64,000 nucleotides of DNA from Daphnia carinata. Its lineage: Eukaryota. The stretch lies in contig NC_081333.1 in assembly GCF_022539665.2 (NCBI RefSeq), positions 9,672,001-9,736,000 on the forward strand, read 5' to 3'. The notes under the pieces were generated by a model. It ran no database searches. It saw only the letters and a list, made by a program, of their open reading frames with translations, and had not been told where the DNA came from. Positions 15,173 through 26,253 of this stretch are shown in pieces. Each line of letters begins with the position of its first letter. Position 1 is the stretch's first letter. Position numbers and translations under genes: made by a program.

Positions 15173-17324
15173 ATGAATACCGAAGAAATTTTGTTTGACA
15201 ACCTGCTGGATACCTCTGTTGACGGAAATGTGTTTCTCGAAGATTTGATTGAAGATCCAGCTGCCAATGTGTTGGAACAAGCCATGAAGGAGAATATGGT
15301 ACATGTTTCTTGTGTATATTTGGTTGTTTAGTCCATTCATATTAATTATATGCTTCTTTAGATGGAAGTCTGGGAGTCAAATGACTATGAACTCCTCAAT
15401 TCACCTCTTGCTGGGGAACTGAAATTCGATGACATCACACAACCAACTAACTATCTAGAATGGATCAATTGGGATCAGAAAGAAAAGGCTGATACCCTGG
15501 TTCCGGCATCCAACAGTTCTGACAGTGGCCTTTCTAGTGATTTCCACTATGACCAACAGCTCTCTCCATGTATGTGTTAAAACCTCACTTAAGCTTTCAA
15601 GAAAATTTGAACTCTAATGAACTAAACGTAACTTCCAGCCAATGAAATGGATCGTTCTACACCGACTGGATCTCCTACCGGTGGTGGTGGTGGCAGCTCA
15701 ATCTGTAGTAGCGTTGACGTAGACAGTGTCAGCAGTCCGGATACCTTATGCCCCTCATCACCATGCTCCGACATACATTTGATCGACGATGCTAACGATA
15801 TCGAAATCAATTCTTCCAAATCCATATCCTCACCTGCGATACCCCCAAAATCCACGAGTCCTCCTCTGGTCTTCCCCGTCTCTCTAAAAGATTTGAATCT
15901 TCGCGAAATTAAAGCGGTGAAAATCATTCGCAATGGCTCCACTTTGGTATCAAGCGCCGCCTCGGCCGTCTTAGGTGGAATCAAATCCACATCGGCCCAA
16001 GTTCCTGACGCAATCAAGAAATTATTGGGACCAGTTCAGCTTCCTGTTTCTTCAGTTCCAACATCGTCGTCAACGAAAAGTTCATATCCTCCAATCGTGC
16101 TTTCAGGTAGGCTGCACAAACTAAGTAAATAAATATTTTAAAGTAAATTACCATAAAATAAAATACACGATATTATCATTTTCTAATGGATTTCAGAAGA
16201 AGAACGTCGTCTTTTAGCTAAGGAAGGTGTTGAACTGCCAAGCCATTACCCTCTCACCAAACACGAAGAGCGAGAACTTAAACGTATCCGCCGCAAAATC
16301 CGCAACAAAATTTCGGCACAGGATTCTAGGAAAAGGAAGCGCGTCTACATGGACGGTCTAGAAGATCGAGTTAAGCTGTGCTCTGATGAGAATATGTCGC
16401 TTCAAAAGCGCATCCGTTTGCTCGAAACGGAGAATAAATCGCTGTTATCGCAACTGAAAAGGCTTCAAAACATTCTGACAGGTCAGGGTGGAAATCAAGC
16501 ATCGCCTACAGTTGCAGCGATAACAGCGGCCTCTACCACGGCAGGAACTAATACCAACACCAACAGCAAAGAGGGGCTTTCGACAACTAGCAACACGGCG
16601 CAACCAGCCACCTGCCTTCTGGTGCTGATGCTCTCATTTGCGCTTTTCCTCTTGCCGAACCTAAGACCAGACTCCAATAAGAGTCTTACAGATGGCCGGA
16701 CAAACTCAGCAGCCTCTCAAATGGCACAATCGATGATGAAAATGCCACCATTCGCCGGTAAGAAAGCTTGTTCGATAAACAAATCTATATCAAAAGGATT
16801 TCCGCATTTTTTTTTATTTGTTATTTTGGATTGCGTACATAGGTCGTTCCAGAGCATTGTTACAAGATACATTGGCTTTGGATGCTGACTCTGACATGAC
16901 AGACATTGAGCTCCTCGAAATTGCATTGGGGGGAGAGGTGGTTATTGGGGAAGAAGACGAAGAAGATGAGAGCGAACTATACGTCCCTCTGCCTCTTGGC
17001 CCACTAGCAATGCCTGGAGGCAAGAATGATGTTCTTAAAAGCCAATGGGGTCAGAAGTTTGGCAAGCAATATCCGGCCAATCCGAAAAGAAGCGTTCCGG
17101 CTTTCTTACTAGAACATGACTACCATTCAGCTGATCCCACTGCCAAGCGTGCACGCTTCAAAGAGATTTGGGAAGAAGTTGAGACCATCGTGCCTCCTTC
17201 TCCCATATCAAATGTGTATTCTGGCGCCACAAAGGACTTAAATCAATCTCAGCTTTATGACGAACTTGCTGAGCTTGCACGCGGACAAAACATCGTCGTC
17301 CGTATCTCGTCAGAAGAGCTTTGA
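15173..17324 (+). CDS. CREB3: ER membrane-tethered CREB3/Luman-family bZIP transcription factor, 5 coding exons
   Basis: Acidic N-terminus, DSGLS phosphodegron-like motif, LSEEERRLLAKEGVELPSHYPLTKHEERELKRIRRKIRNKISAQDSRKRK bZIP, TM segment TCLLVLMLSFALFLLP, S1P-type site RSRALL. Start ATG 15173 is the first in frame after an upstream stop. Paralogue assignment within the family is uncertain. Confidence 0.88.
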
Positions 17325-18786
17325 AGACTTAAATGGAAATGATACTCGTCGTTGTTCCTTTAACGTCGAGATGCTTGTGATCCTCGGTGTTGCCTTCTTC
17401 CTTCTTCTCCTGCATCATCCGATCTATCTCAGCCTGCTCGCACTGGACCCATTCCCATGTCAAATCATTTATTTGGTGCTGGTTTAAGTAGATGCTAGAG
17501 ATGCAACAACCTCAGCCCTTTATTTCGAATCTATTGTTCCCTTTCCTTCTTTTTTTCTGAATTTAGTGTGGCCAATTCCATTACTGGCTTTTAGTTGGCG
17601 GTGGGTATTTCCGTGTGCAATTCTGTCGTTCGAAAAACAATTTCCAGCGTCAGCTCCTCTCCATTTGTAGAGTTAGACTGATTAGGTATGTTACCTCTTT
17701 TTCCCGTTTGTGTTGTTTTCACCCTCTCTCCGTCTTTGGTGAACATTAAGAATCTTAGCACTTGAACGAATCAGGGGAAAAAAGAAATTAGGGTCAAGTG
17801 AACTTCCTGTTTGTTGTATCCTCGCATCAATGCAACCCTTTTTTTTTTGTAAGTTGTGCAGAGCAACTTGAGTTGACTTTAAAATTACCTTAACGTTTGC
17901 TGTCGTATCTCATAACTACCCAAAGATGTTGGGTTCTGTCTAATCCTTGCGTTCATTTTTTTTTGTCCGTTTGTTGTCACCTTTCCAATATTTTTACACA
18001 AAACTAGCCAGATAATGAGCTATTTGGTATCTATTATATTGTGTTTGACCCTAAAATCACATATTTCGTATTTCCCCCCCGTGATGGTGTTTCTAAGAGA
18101 ACAGTTTTATATAATAAACCAAAAATGTTACTGGGATTGAAAACGCTTTTTCTTTGATATGTTATCATAGTAAAATATTTTATTGTTCAATGACCTTAAT
18201 GTTCGAAAACGAAATACCAAAAAGTGGTATACTTTTCTTTATTAATTTATTGATTAAAAATAATACTTTTTTGGAAAACTCGCACAAGGAAAGGAGATCT
18301 TTTTCTGCTTCTAGAGCGACAAATTCTACATTTGATAGAAATTGTTTAGACGTTGCGAAATGTCCCATTACATGGCTTACGATAACATTTCTGAACGCCT
18401 AATTTTTATTCATTCAACACCATAAAGTATAGCAATAAGAATTTGCAGTAAGATTTCAGAAGTGACTTGTTGTTTAATCCAAATAGGCTTCCAATGACAT
18501 TTAAATCCAGTAAAAAAAATTGCGGAGGGCCTGAAATACATTAATTGGGATATTTATATTTATTTATTTTTTATTTATTTTTAGAATGTCAGATGATGCA
18601 TTCCTCCTTTCTAAACAATCATTATAAATTGATCGTTAGCAGTGAATCGGGGTGAATAGTTGATTAACTGACTAATTGATTATTTTTAAAAGATAAAATT
18701 TACTTTAAGCTAGGCAACGCTGCAGAAGAGCCAGCGCCACCAAGTCCAAGCGGAAGGCAAGGCAAGTAAAGTATACAGTACTGTAT

Positions 18787-18799
18787 ATCTTTTCTTTTG
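18787..18799 (+). promoter_or_regulatory. TCT initiator / 5'-TOP tract of RpS6
   Basis: ATCTTTTCTTTTG polypyrimidine run about 35 nt upstream of the RpS6 ATG, typical of ribosomal protein genes. Confidence 0.7.
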
Positions 18800-18823
18800 G
18801 TTTATGGTGCCCTTGCTGCAACC

Positions 18824-20342
18824 ATGAAGGTATTGTAATGTTCCAGTGAACATATTCCCATTGATTTGTATTCTTATCTCTAGATTAGTTTCGATTGCTA
18901 AATTTCAAACTTCTGTGCTTTGTGAGTTTGAGAACTTTCTTGTGATGGATGTTGTAGATTTAAAGCGATGTGTCGAGCCGGGGCAGAACACACGTATCCA
19001 TGGAATTTAATGACAGTTTCATGCTTGTCAATGTTTCCATGTATTTAGTTTTCTTAGTGTAGTGCATGGAAGTTTTTGAAAGAACGAGCGTTCTCGTAAA
19101 AAAACCAGGTTAAATAAAAATTTTCTGTTTATTTCTTCTAGTTGAACATCAGCTACCCCGCCACCGGGGCACAGAAATTGGTCGACATTGAAGATGAACG
19201 CAAAGTTCGAATCTTCTATGAGAAACGCATGGGTGCCGAAGTTGAGGCTGATGGTCTTGGAGATGAATGGAAAGGATATGTGTTCAGGATTGCTGGTGGC
19301 AACGACAAACAAGGATTCCCCATGAAACAGGGTATCCTCACCACAGGTATTGGCATTTTTTTTTGCATTTCTGGTCCTTGCCCACTCTCCCATTACAGAC
19401 ACGGATCTAAATGCTGTGTTTGGAAGTAAGAAAGGGTGGTAGAATGAATTCATCTTTAATTTGGGGACTTTGAGTTCAGTGATATTTCCTCAGTGTACGG
19501 ATGATACATTGTATCGTGTAGTCACATATCAGTGACACCATTAATATTGGAGTCTAATACTTATGTTTCAATCTTTCAGGTCGTGTTCGACTCCTGTTCT
19601 CTAAAGGGCATTCCTGCTTCCGTGAGAGACGAACTGGTGAAAGGAGGCGTAAGTCAGTCAGGGGTTGCATCGTTGATGCTAATCTTTCTGTTTTGGCCGT
19701 TGTTGTTGTGAAGAAGGGTGAACAGGTATCTTATATCGCATGGGTTTGAATTCGAAATTCCGTATACTAAACCAAATATTCCCCAGGAAATCCCCGGCTT
19801 GACTGATGTCACTGTACCCAAGCGTTTGGGACCTAAGCGTGCTTCTAAGATCCGCAAACTCTTCAACCTTTCCAAGGAAGATGATGTCAGGCAGTATGTC
19901 ATCAAACGACCATTGCCCGTCAAGGAAGGCAAGAAGCCGCGTTTCCGCTCACCCAAGATCCAGCGTTTGGTTACCCCAGTTGTTCTTCAGGTAAGTGAAA
20001 TTTCATGTCCTTTATTATTGGTTTTTCTAGTACCACTACATGTGGTATTGTTGGGGTTCTGAGGTGGTATGAGGGTGTCAGGTTGAGTTTGTCAGATTTC
20101 TTTGTCCTCTATGTGAAGGTGCTATGCTGCATTGTTTCATGTCAAGTTTTTTCTTTTCCCTGCAGCGCAAACGTCATCGCATTGCCCTGAAGAAGAAGCG
20201 CGCTGTCAACAGACGCGAACAGGCTGCCGACTATGCTCGTCTTTTGGCCGTTCGTACTAAAGAGGCCAAGGTTAAGCGAGCTGAGGAGGTTAAACGTCGT
20301 CGTTCCCGATCTGCATCGAAATCTTCCGTTGGTACACAATAG
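18824..20342 (+). CDS. RpS6: 40S ribosomal protein S6 (exons 18824-18829, 19142-19346, 19580-19725, 19787-19990, 20166-20342)
   Basis: [58 protein letters not shown]-terminal [11 protein letters not shown] phospho-tail. Confidence 0.98.
19379..19540 (+). ncRNA. Candidate box H/ACA snoRNA in RpS6 intron 2
   Basis: The 233-nt intron holds two hairpins with internal loops (19379-19441 and 19476-19535). ACA at 19535-19537 lies 14 nt from the second upper stem. The H box is imperfect (AGAATGA) and no target was identified. Confidence 0.45.
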
Positions 20343-20469
20343 AAAGTGTTTCGGCTGATTGAAATCCCAACATCTGTATGCCGACTTTTCTAATGTGAAA
20401 TACATGGGCGGAACGCAAAATTCTTTTTATTTGCTTACTATTTTACATCACAATTCAGCGAAAGAAAGT

Positions 20470-20917
20470 TTAAGGCATATTTTTTATCCCAGATTCACGA
20501 TCTATAGATTTTACATAAACAGGCCTTGATTGTTCTCTTAGTCTTTCTTGTGCAATTCCTTGTTTTTTCCCAGGTCGAACAGTGACCGTTTTTGGTGGCA
20601 AATTAACTGGCCGTGGATAAGGGTTTCTGTAGTGCAGGGCTGTAAAAATCAAGCCTTTAGATACAATATATTTCCTTGAATGATAAAAGGACATTACCCA
20701 TTTCAAGTCTTGCTTCTGCTTCTTGAAGATGATCTTTGATGGCTTGAGGCTCTTGCACATTTCTGTTTACGAGAAACCAATGTTTAGTCTCGTTCAAAAT
20801 ATATTTTCTTTCTTCTTCAGTATTATTCGGGTTGACGGCATTCCACGATCGACCTACTTGCAATATTTTTTTGTAAAGGCTCAGTGTTTGTCTTTTCAAA
20901 GGAAAGCTGCCAGCCAT
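20470..20917 (-). CDS. LYRM1: LYR motif-containing protein 1, 2 exons
   Basis: LSLYKKILQVGRSW..EERKYILNETKHWF..EAEARLEM|ALHYRNPYPRPVNLPP..QERLREQSRPVYVKS, the LYRM1 pattern. Confidence 0.9.
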
Positions 20918-21513
20918 GACGAAATCCTCAAAAGGATTGCAGTTTCGTCATAAATCTTTTAAAAAATACCGTTAAGTAGTAATGGAAAAAGAATTAGCTT
21001 TAGCTAAAAAAATGTAATACATAATAGTAATTTCACTAAATCCTCCACGAATACAGTTGGGGACTCTGATTCAACGTTTTGTTTTGATCCCGCAAATTTG
21101 TTTTCATCCCAAAGTAACTCAACAAGGCCAGGCCACGACACATCTGACAAATGGTATGCAGAGACCTCTTTGTTTAGGACACTAGGGCGTCGCGCCGATG
21201 CTGGGCCTTAACTTGTTAAGTTAGTTTGCTTCCAATCAATAAAACCTTTTCCGTTCCCCAAAGTTTTAGTTCTCGGTGAATCGGTAGTTCATAACATACC
21301 ATTTATGCGTCCAGGTGTTAGCCATCGAATACATGATGAATTGGTTGTCGCATATGGTTACAAATATTGCACCTTTGATCTCTTTCCAACAAAGAAATTG
21401 TATCTAAGCGTGGGATTAACATTTAAGAAACAAATTCTGATTTTCCTCAGTAGCCACAAGCAGTGTCTCGGTTGTGACATTTCGTCTCCCGTTTGTTTAC
21501 CTTACTTACAAAT

Positions 21514-24500
21514 ATGTCAGAATTCCGCTTTATTATTTTCGTGGTCATTGTTATTACTACGGTTGCCGATTGCCACAAATGGCCTCCCAAAAACAAAGTG
21601 CTTCATATTGGTGGCATTTTCCCAATAAATGGAACTGAAGGATGGCAAGGAGGCATGGTATGAAGTTTGTTCTAATGATATTTGTATTTCATTTTTGTAT
21701 GTAAACTGTAACTTGTAAAGGCTTGCCAACCTTCAGCTATGATGGCTTTGGAGGATGTAAATTCCAGATTTGATCTTCTGCCAGGATATAAACTCAAATT
21801 ACATTGGAATGACAGTGAAGTATGAATTTGTTATTTTCATATTAGCATGTAACTACGAAATAAAACTTCCAAAATTTATGTTTTCTCATTGTGCAGTGCG
21901 AGCCAGGACTAGGAGCATTGGTCATGTATGATCTTCTGTATAAACCTCCGCAGAAACTTATGCTTTTAGCTGGATGTTCCACAGTTTGCACAACTGTAGC
22001 CGAGGCAGCCAAAATGTGGAACCTTGTTGTGGTATCATACTCACTTCCTGACCAGTCATCCTTTTTGAATCATTTATTATTTATTTTTATTTATTTATTT
22101 GTTTAAAGCTATCTTATGGTGCCAGCTCGCCAGCGCTTTCTAATCGACAACGGTTTCCTACACTGTTTCGGACTCATCCTTCAGCCACTGTTCACAACCC
22201 AACTCGTGTAAAAATTCTTCAAAATTTTGGCTGGTCACGGATAGCGATTCTGCAGCAGGCCGAAGAGGTTTTCATTTCGGTAAGACTGTCCCATGTTGCC
22301 TCGGTTGTTATACTTTGATTACCTGTTACAAGTATTACTTATCGTTAGACTGTGGAGGACCTGGAAACCCGATGCAGGGAATCGGGAATCGAGATAGTAA
22401 CTCGGCAGAGTTTTCTGAATGATCCTAGCGAGTCCGTCCGTAACCTCCGTCGCCAGGCAAACAACACATTTTTCCATCTAGGAAATACCACATTTGCTAA
22501 TAAGCCGTTTCCTTGTCGTTCTCAGGACGCTCGAATCATCGTGGGCTTATTTTACGTGGTAGCTGCTCGCCGAGTACTGTGCGAAATGTACAAACAAGGA
22601 TTGTATGGATCTAGCTACGTTTGGTTTTTCATTGGTTGGTACGAAGACAATTGGTACGAAGCCAATCTTGCCCAAGAGAAAATCGAATGCACGCGCGAAC
22701 AAATGAAAGAGGCGGCCGAAGGCCACTTGACTACCGAAGCACTGAACTGGAATCAAGATAATCAAAGGACCATTTCTGGAATGGTATTGCTATCTAATCG
22801 CTTAGTTGAAAAACTTCCTTTAATTCCATGGCATTATTTGGTAACTAAGACAGTAGAAGATTATCGCAAACGCCTGAACGCTGAGCTACTAAAAAACGGC
22901 CACGATGTTACGGTCCGTTTCCCAGATGGATATCAAGAAGCACCGCTTGCTTATGATGCGGTTTGGGCCGTTGCTCTGGGTGTGTACCCGTGATTGTTAT
23001 TTCTTTAATTTCAGTTATATTTCATTTCCTTTTTATCCGGAAACATTTTTCAGTTTTCGTTTTATCACTGGCGTTAAATTTTTCTAAGTTTTGGCTTTCA
23101 CTGCCTTTCCGGACTGCACCAGTGTCTGCAAAAATCCCCTGTCCCCTCCCGCATGAAAGTTAAACAGGTTAAGTTTTCCCTAAACTTTTCTGTTTACGTT
23201 TGGTCGTATAATCGTTAATTTAACGTGTACGGTTCACTCTGCTAGCACTCAACCGAACAATGCATCGTTTGGCTGAAAGAGGCCGATCACTCGACGATTT
23301 TACGTACAATGATGCCGTTAGCGCTGGTGAAATTTATTCGGCCATGAACGCTACACAGTTCCTCGGAGTGTCGGTACTGTAGTTTTCTTTCTGTTGGGTC
23401 CTTTCAATAACGCTAAAGATACGTATCTTCTACTTAACACAGGGAACGGTGGCTTTCAGTTCAAAAGGTGACCGTATTGCCTGGACCTTGATTGAACAAA
23501 TGATCAACGGCCAATACAATAAAGTGGGATATTACGATACCCAAACGGACAACTTGACTTGGTTAGCTGAAGCGCGTTGGATTGCTGGAAAAATCCCACA
23601 GGATCGGACAATTATTATTGGTAGTATAGCTCGTTGTTTTTTTTTCTTTAAACTAAACTTACAATTAAAACATAAAAATTATTTTTTAATAGACAAACTA
23701 AGGACGGTGTCGTTTGGTCTATTTGTTACCATGAGTCTCGTCTCCAGCGTTGGCATTGCTGCCGCCATTGGTCTCATCATTTTTAACCTAGTTTATCGGG
23801 AACAAAAGTATAGGACTTTTACTTAAGATTTTTTCTTCCAGAACAAGAGTTAACTAATTTCTACCTTTGGCTAATTTAAAAACAGATTGATCGAGCTATC
23901 TCAGCCGGCATGCAATAACGTTATGTTAGTTGGCATCGTGCTGTTGCTGAGCAGCGTCATTCTGCTTGGAATGGATGGTGATTCGGTGCCAGTCGTACAC
24001 TTCCCCATCGTTTGCCAATTAAGAGCTTGGCTTCTTTGTCTTGGATTTACTTTGGCTTTTGGCGCAATGTTCTCTAAAGTCTGGCGCGTTCACCGGTATG
24101 ATGATTTATTTTACTGAGTTACCCTCAAAAACGCATTTATTGAATTTGCATCTCCATCAGGCAATCCACTAAATCAAAAGAAGAAACAAGTAAAATGAAG
24201 GAAAAGAAAAGTCGAACTCAGTCCGCTAAATCAAAGGTGTGCCTTCTTATTTATGAAAAACGACGGTCCATCTTGATCATACGAAGTCTATGTAGGTCGA
24301 TTGGGTGTTGGTTGGATTAGGCTTCATTGATGTCCTGATTCTGACTATCTGGGCTATAGTCGACCCTCAGATCCGTACGCTGGAGAATTTCCAATTAGAG
24401 AATCCCACCGACACGGAAGAAGACATCAAAATACGACCCAGTATGGAACATTGTGAAAGCAAACATCAAAACATTTGGCTAGGTATTTGTAATAAATATA

Positions 24501-25704
24501 AAATGAAACATCAGCCAACATAATTTGCTGTGAAAATATTTCCCATCAGGTGTCGTCTACGGGTACAAAGGGCTATTGCTTATTTTTGGTTTATTTCTCG
24601 CCTATGAAACACGTAGCATGAAAGGTAAAAAATCAGGCTGTAAATAGCAAAACATGATCAGCCGTCTTATTGTTGTAATTATTTTTCCAGTCCGCTCCAT
24701 TAATGATTCTCGCTACGTCGGCATGTCGATTTACAACGTCGTCGTCCTCTGCTTGATTACGGCTCCGGTTAGTCTGGTTATTTCCTCGCAGGCGGACGCT
24801 AGTTTCGCGTTTGTAACAGCTGCATTGGCGTTCTGTTGCTTCATTTCAATGGCACTCATCTTCGTACCCAAAGTACTTCATTGACACCATTTGCTTTGGT
24901 TTGAAATCTAATACCACATTTTCATCAGGTGGTCGAAGTGGTGCGGAATCCGGACAGACCGGGAGACGGCGATGACGAGACGGATCAAACAGTTTCCAAG
25001 GAGGAGGAAGAACGCTACCGAAAACTGCAGCAAGAAAATGAACAGCTTCAGCAGCTGATTGCATCCCGTGAACACAAGCTCAAGCTGCTCAATCAGCGAC
25101 TGCTTGAGCGGAACGCGTCCGTCAATGTCAATGGAGTCACGCCAAGTCCCATCGTTAGCACCGCGAACAACACAACCGTCTCCACTCCGCCCATGAGTGG
25201 ATCAACGCGAACTACAACTATCCATCTTCCTCCAGCCAAGAAAAATAGGTTGATTATTGAATTAAGAAACAAAAGGGCTTATTTTTTCTTTCTTTTTCAC
25301 TATAACTTGTTTTGTCTTTTTTATCAATGTTATTTAGTGAGGTTAGATTTTCTACCTCCTCCATGGAAATGCTACCTAACAAGACGCGAGTGGGAGTCGG
25401 GATAATGAAGATACATTGTACGGAAACAATCGTGACGGATACGGCTTCGTCAGCCACGCCTACGACGTTGGTGTTCAACGAGCAAGTCGTGGATGGTAGT
25501 GGAGATGATCAGGAAGAATACGAGGAAGAATGCGTGGCTGGTGTTGAATTGATTGAGAAAATCACGGATAGTCCCATGTTCCAAAGTAACGACCTTTTCT
25601 TTCTTCTTTCAATAGATTTTTTTTCTATTCATGGTTGATTGATCTCTTTCTTGTTTCGGACAGGAGGAGGAGCGGCACGTAGTCCAGAAGAATCTTATTT
25701 ATGA
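21514..25704 (+). CDS. GABA-B-R1: Metabotropic GABA-B receptor subunit 1, about 16 exons
   Basis: Signal peptide, [79 protein letters not shown], 7TM with [13 protein letters not shown], coiled coil. Predicted end EESYL-stop at 25704 (last two exons less certain). Confidence 0.93.
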
Positions 25705-26253
25705 TTCTATCAGTTATTCCTCGCCGATGCCTGCGCCATTTGTTTTTCTCCTAGCCCTTCCGCTATCAATTTGATTTCGTTTTTAATGTTAAATATTATT
25801 AGATTAAAATTAGTCTAGGACATTAGCTGTCTGAGGAGCAAAAAGATGTTTCGTGTTTTACGCTTTCCATTTCACCATGTCCATTTTCCACGTCCACTGG
25901 AAAATTGTTTTTCGTCTTATTTAAAAGAAAATGAATTTAAACAATACTTTTCGTCGCCCGGTTTGGTGTTGTCTAATTCTCTATGTATATCAAGTGTTGT
26001 TAGGAACGCGAACCATTTCATCCATCCTATTGTGTGCGTACGCTCATCTCTCTTCTTGACTCTTGTAGCAGACAGCTATATATTATATCAATCATTTGTC
26101 TATTTACATAAAGTATAAAGAAGAATACACTTCGAGTTGTTAAAGTCATGCAATGCTTCCGTGTATTGTATTACTTTAGTTACGAAAAAAGTTAATAAGA
26201 ACACGTTCAACCAAGAAAGCAAACAGTCAAAGAACGACGAAAACGAATCGTAT

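Noticed and set aside
18154..18402. AT-rich ORFs or a possible repeat fragment before RpS6
   Set aside because: No second copy in the window, no terminal structure and no protein similarity.
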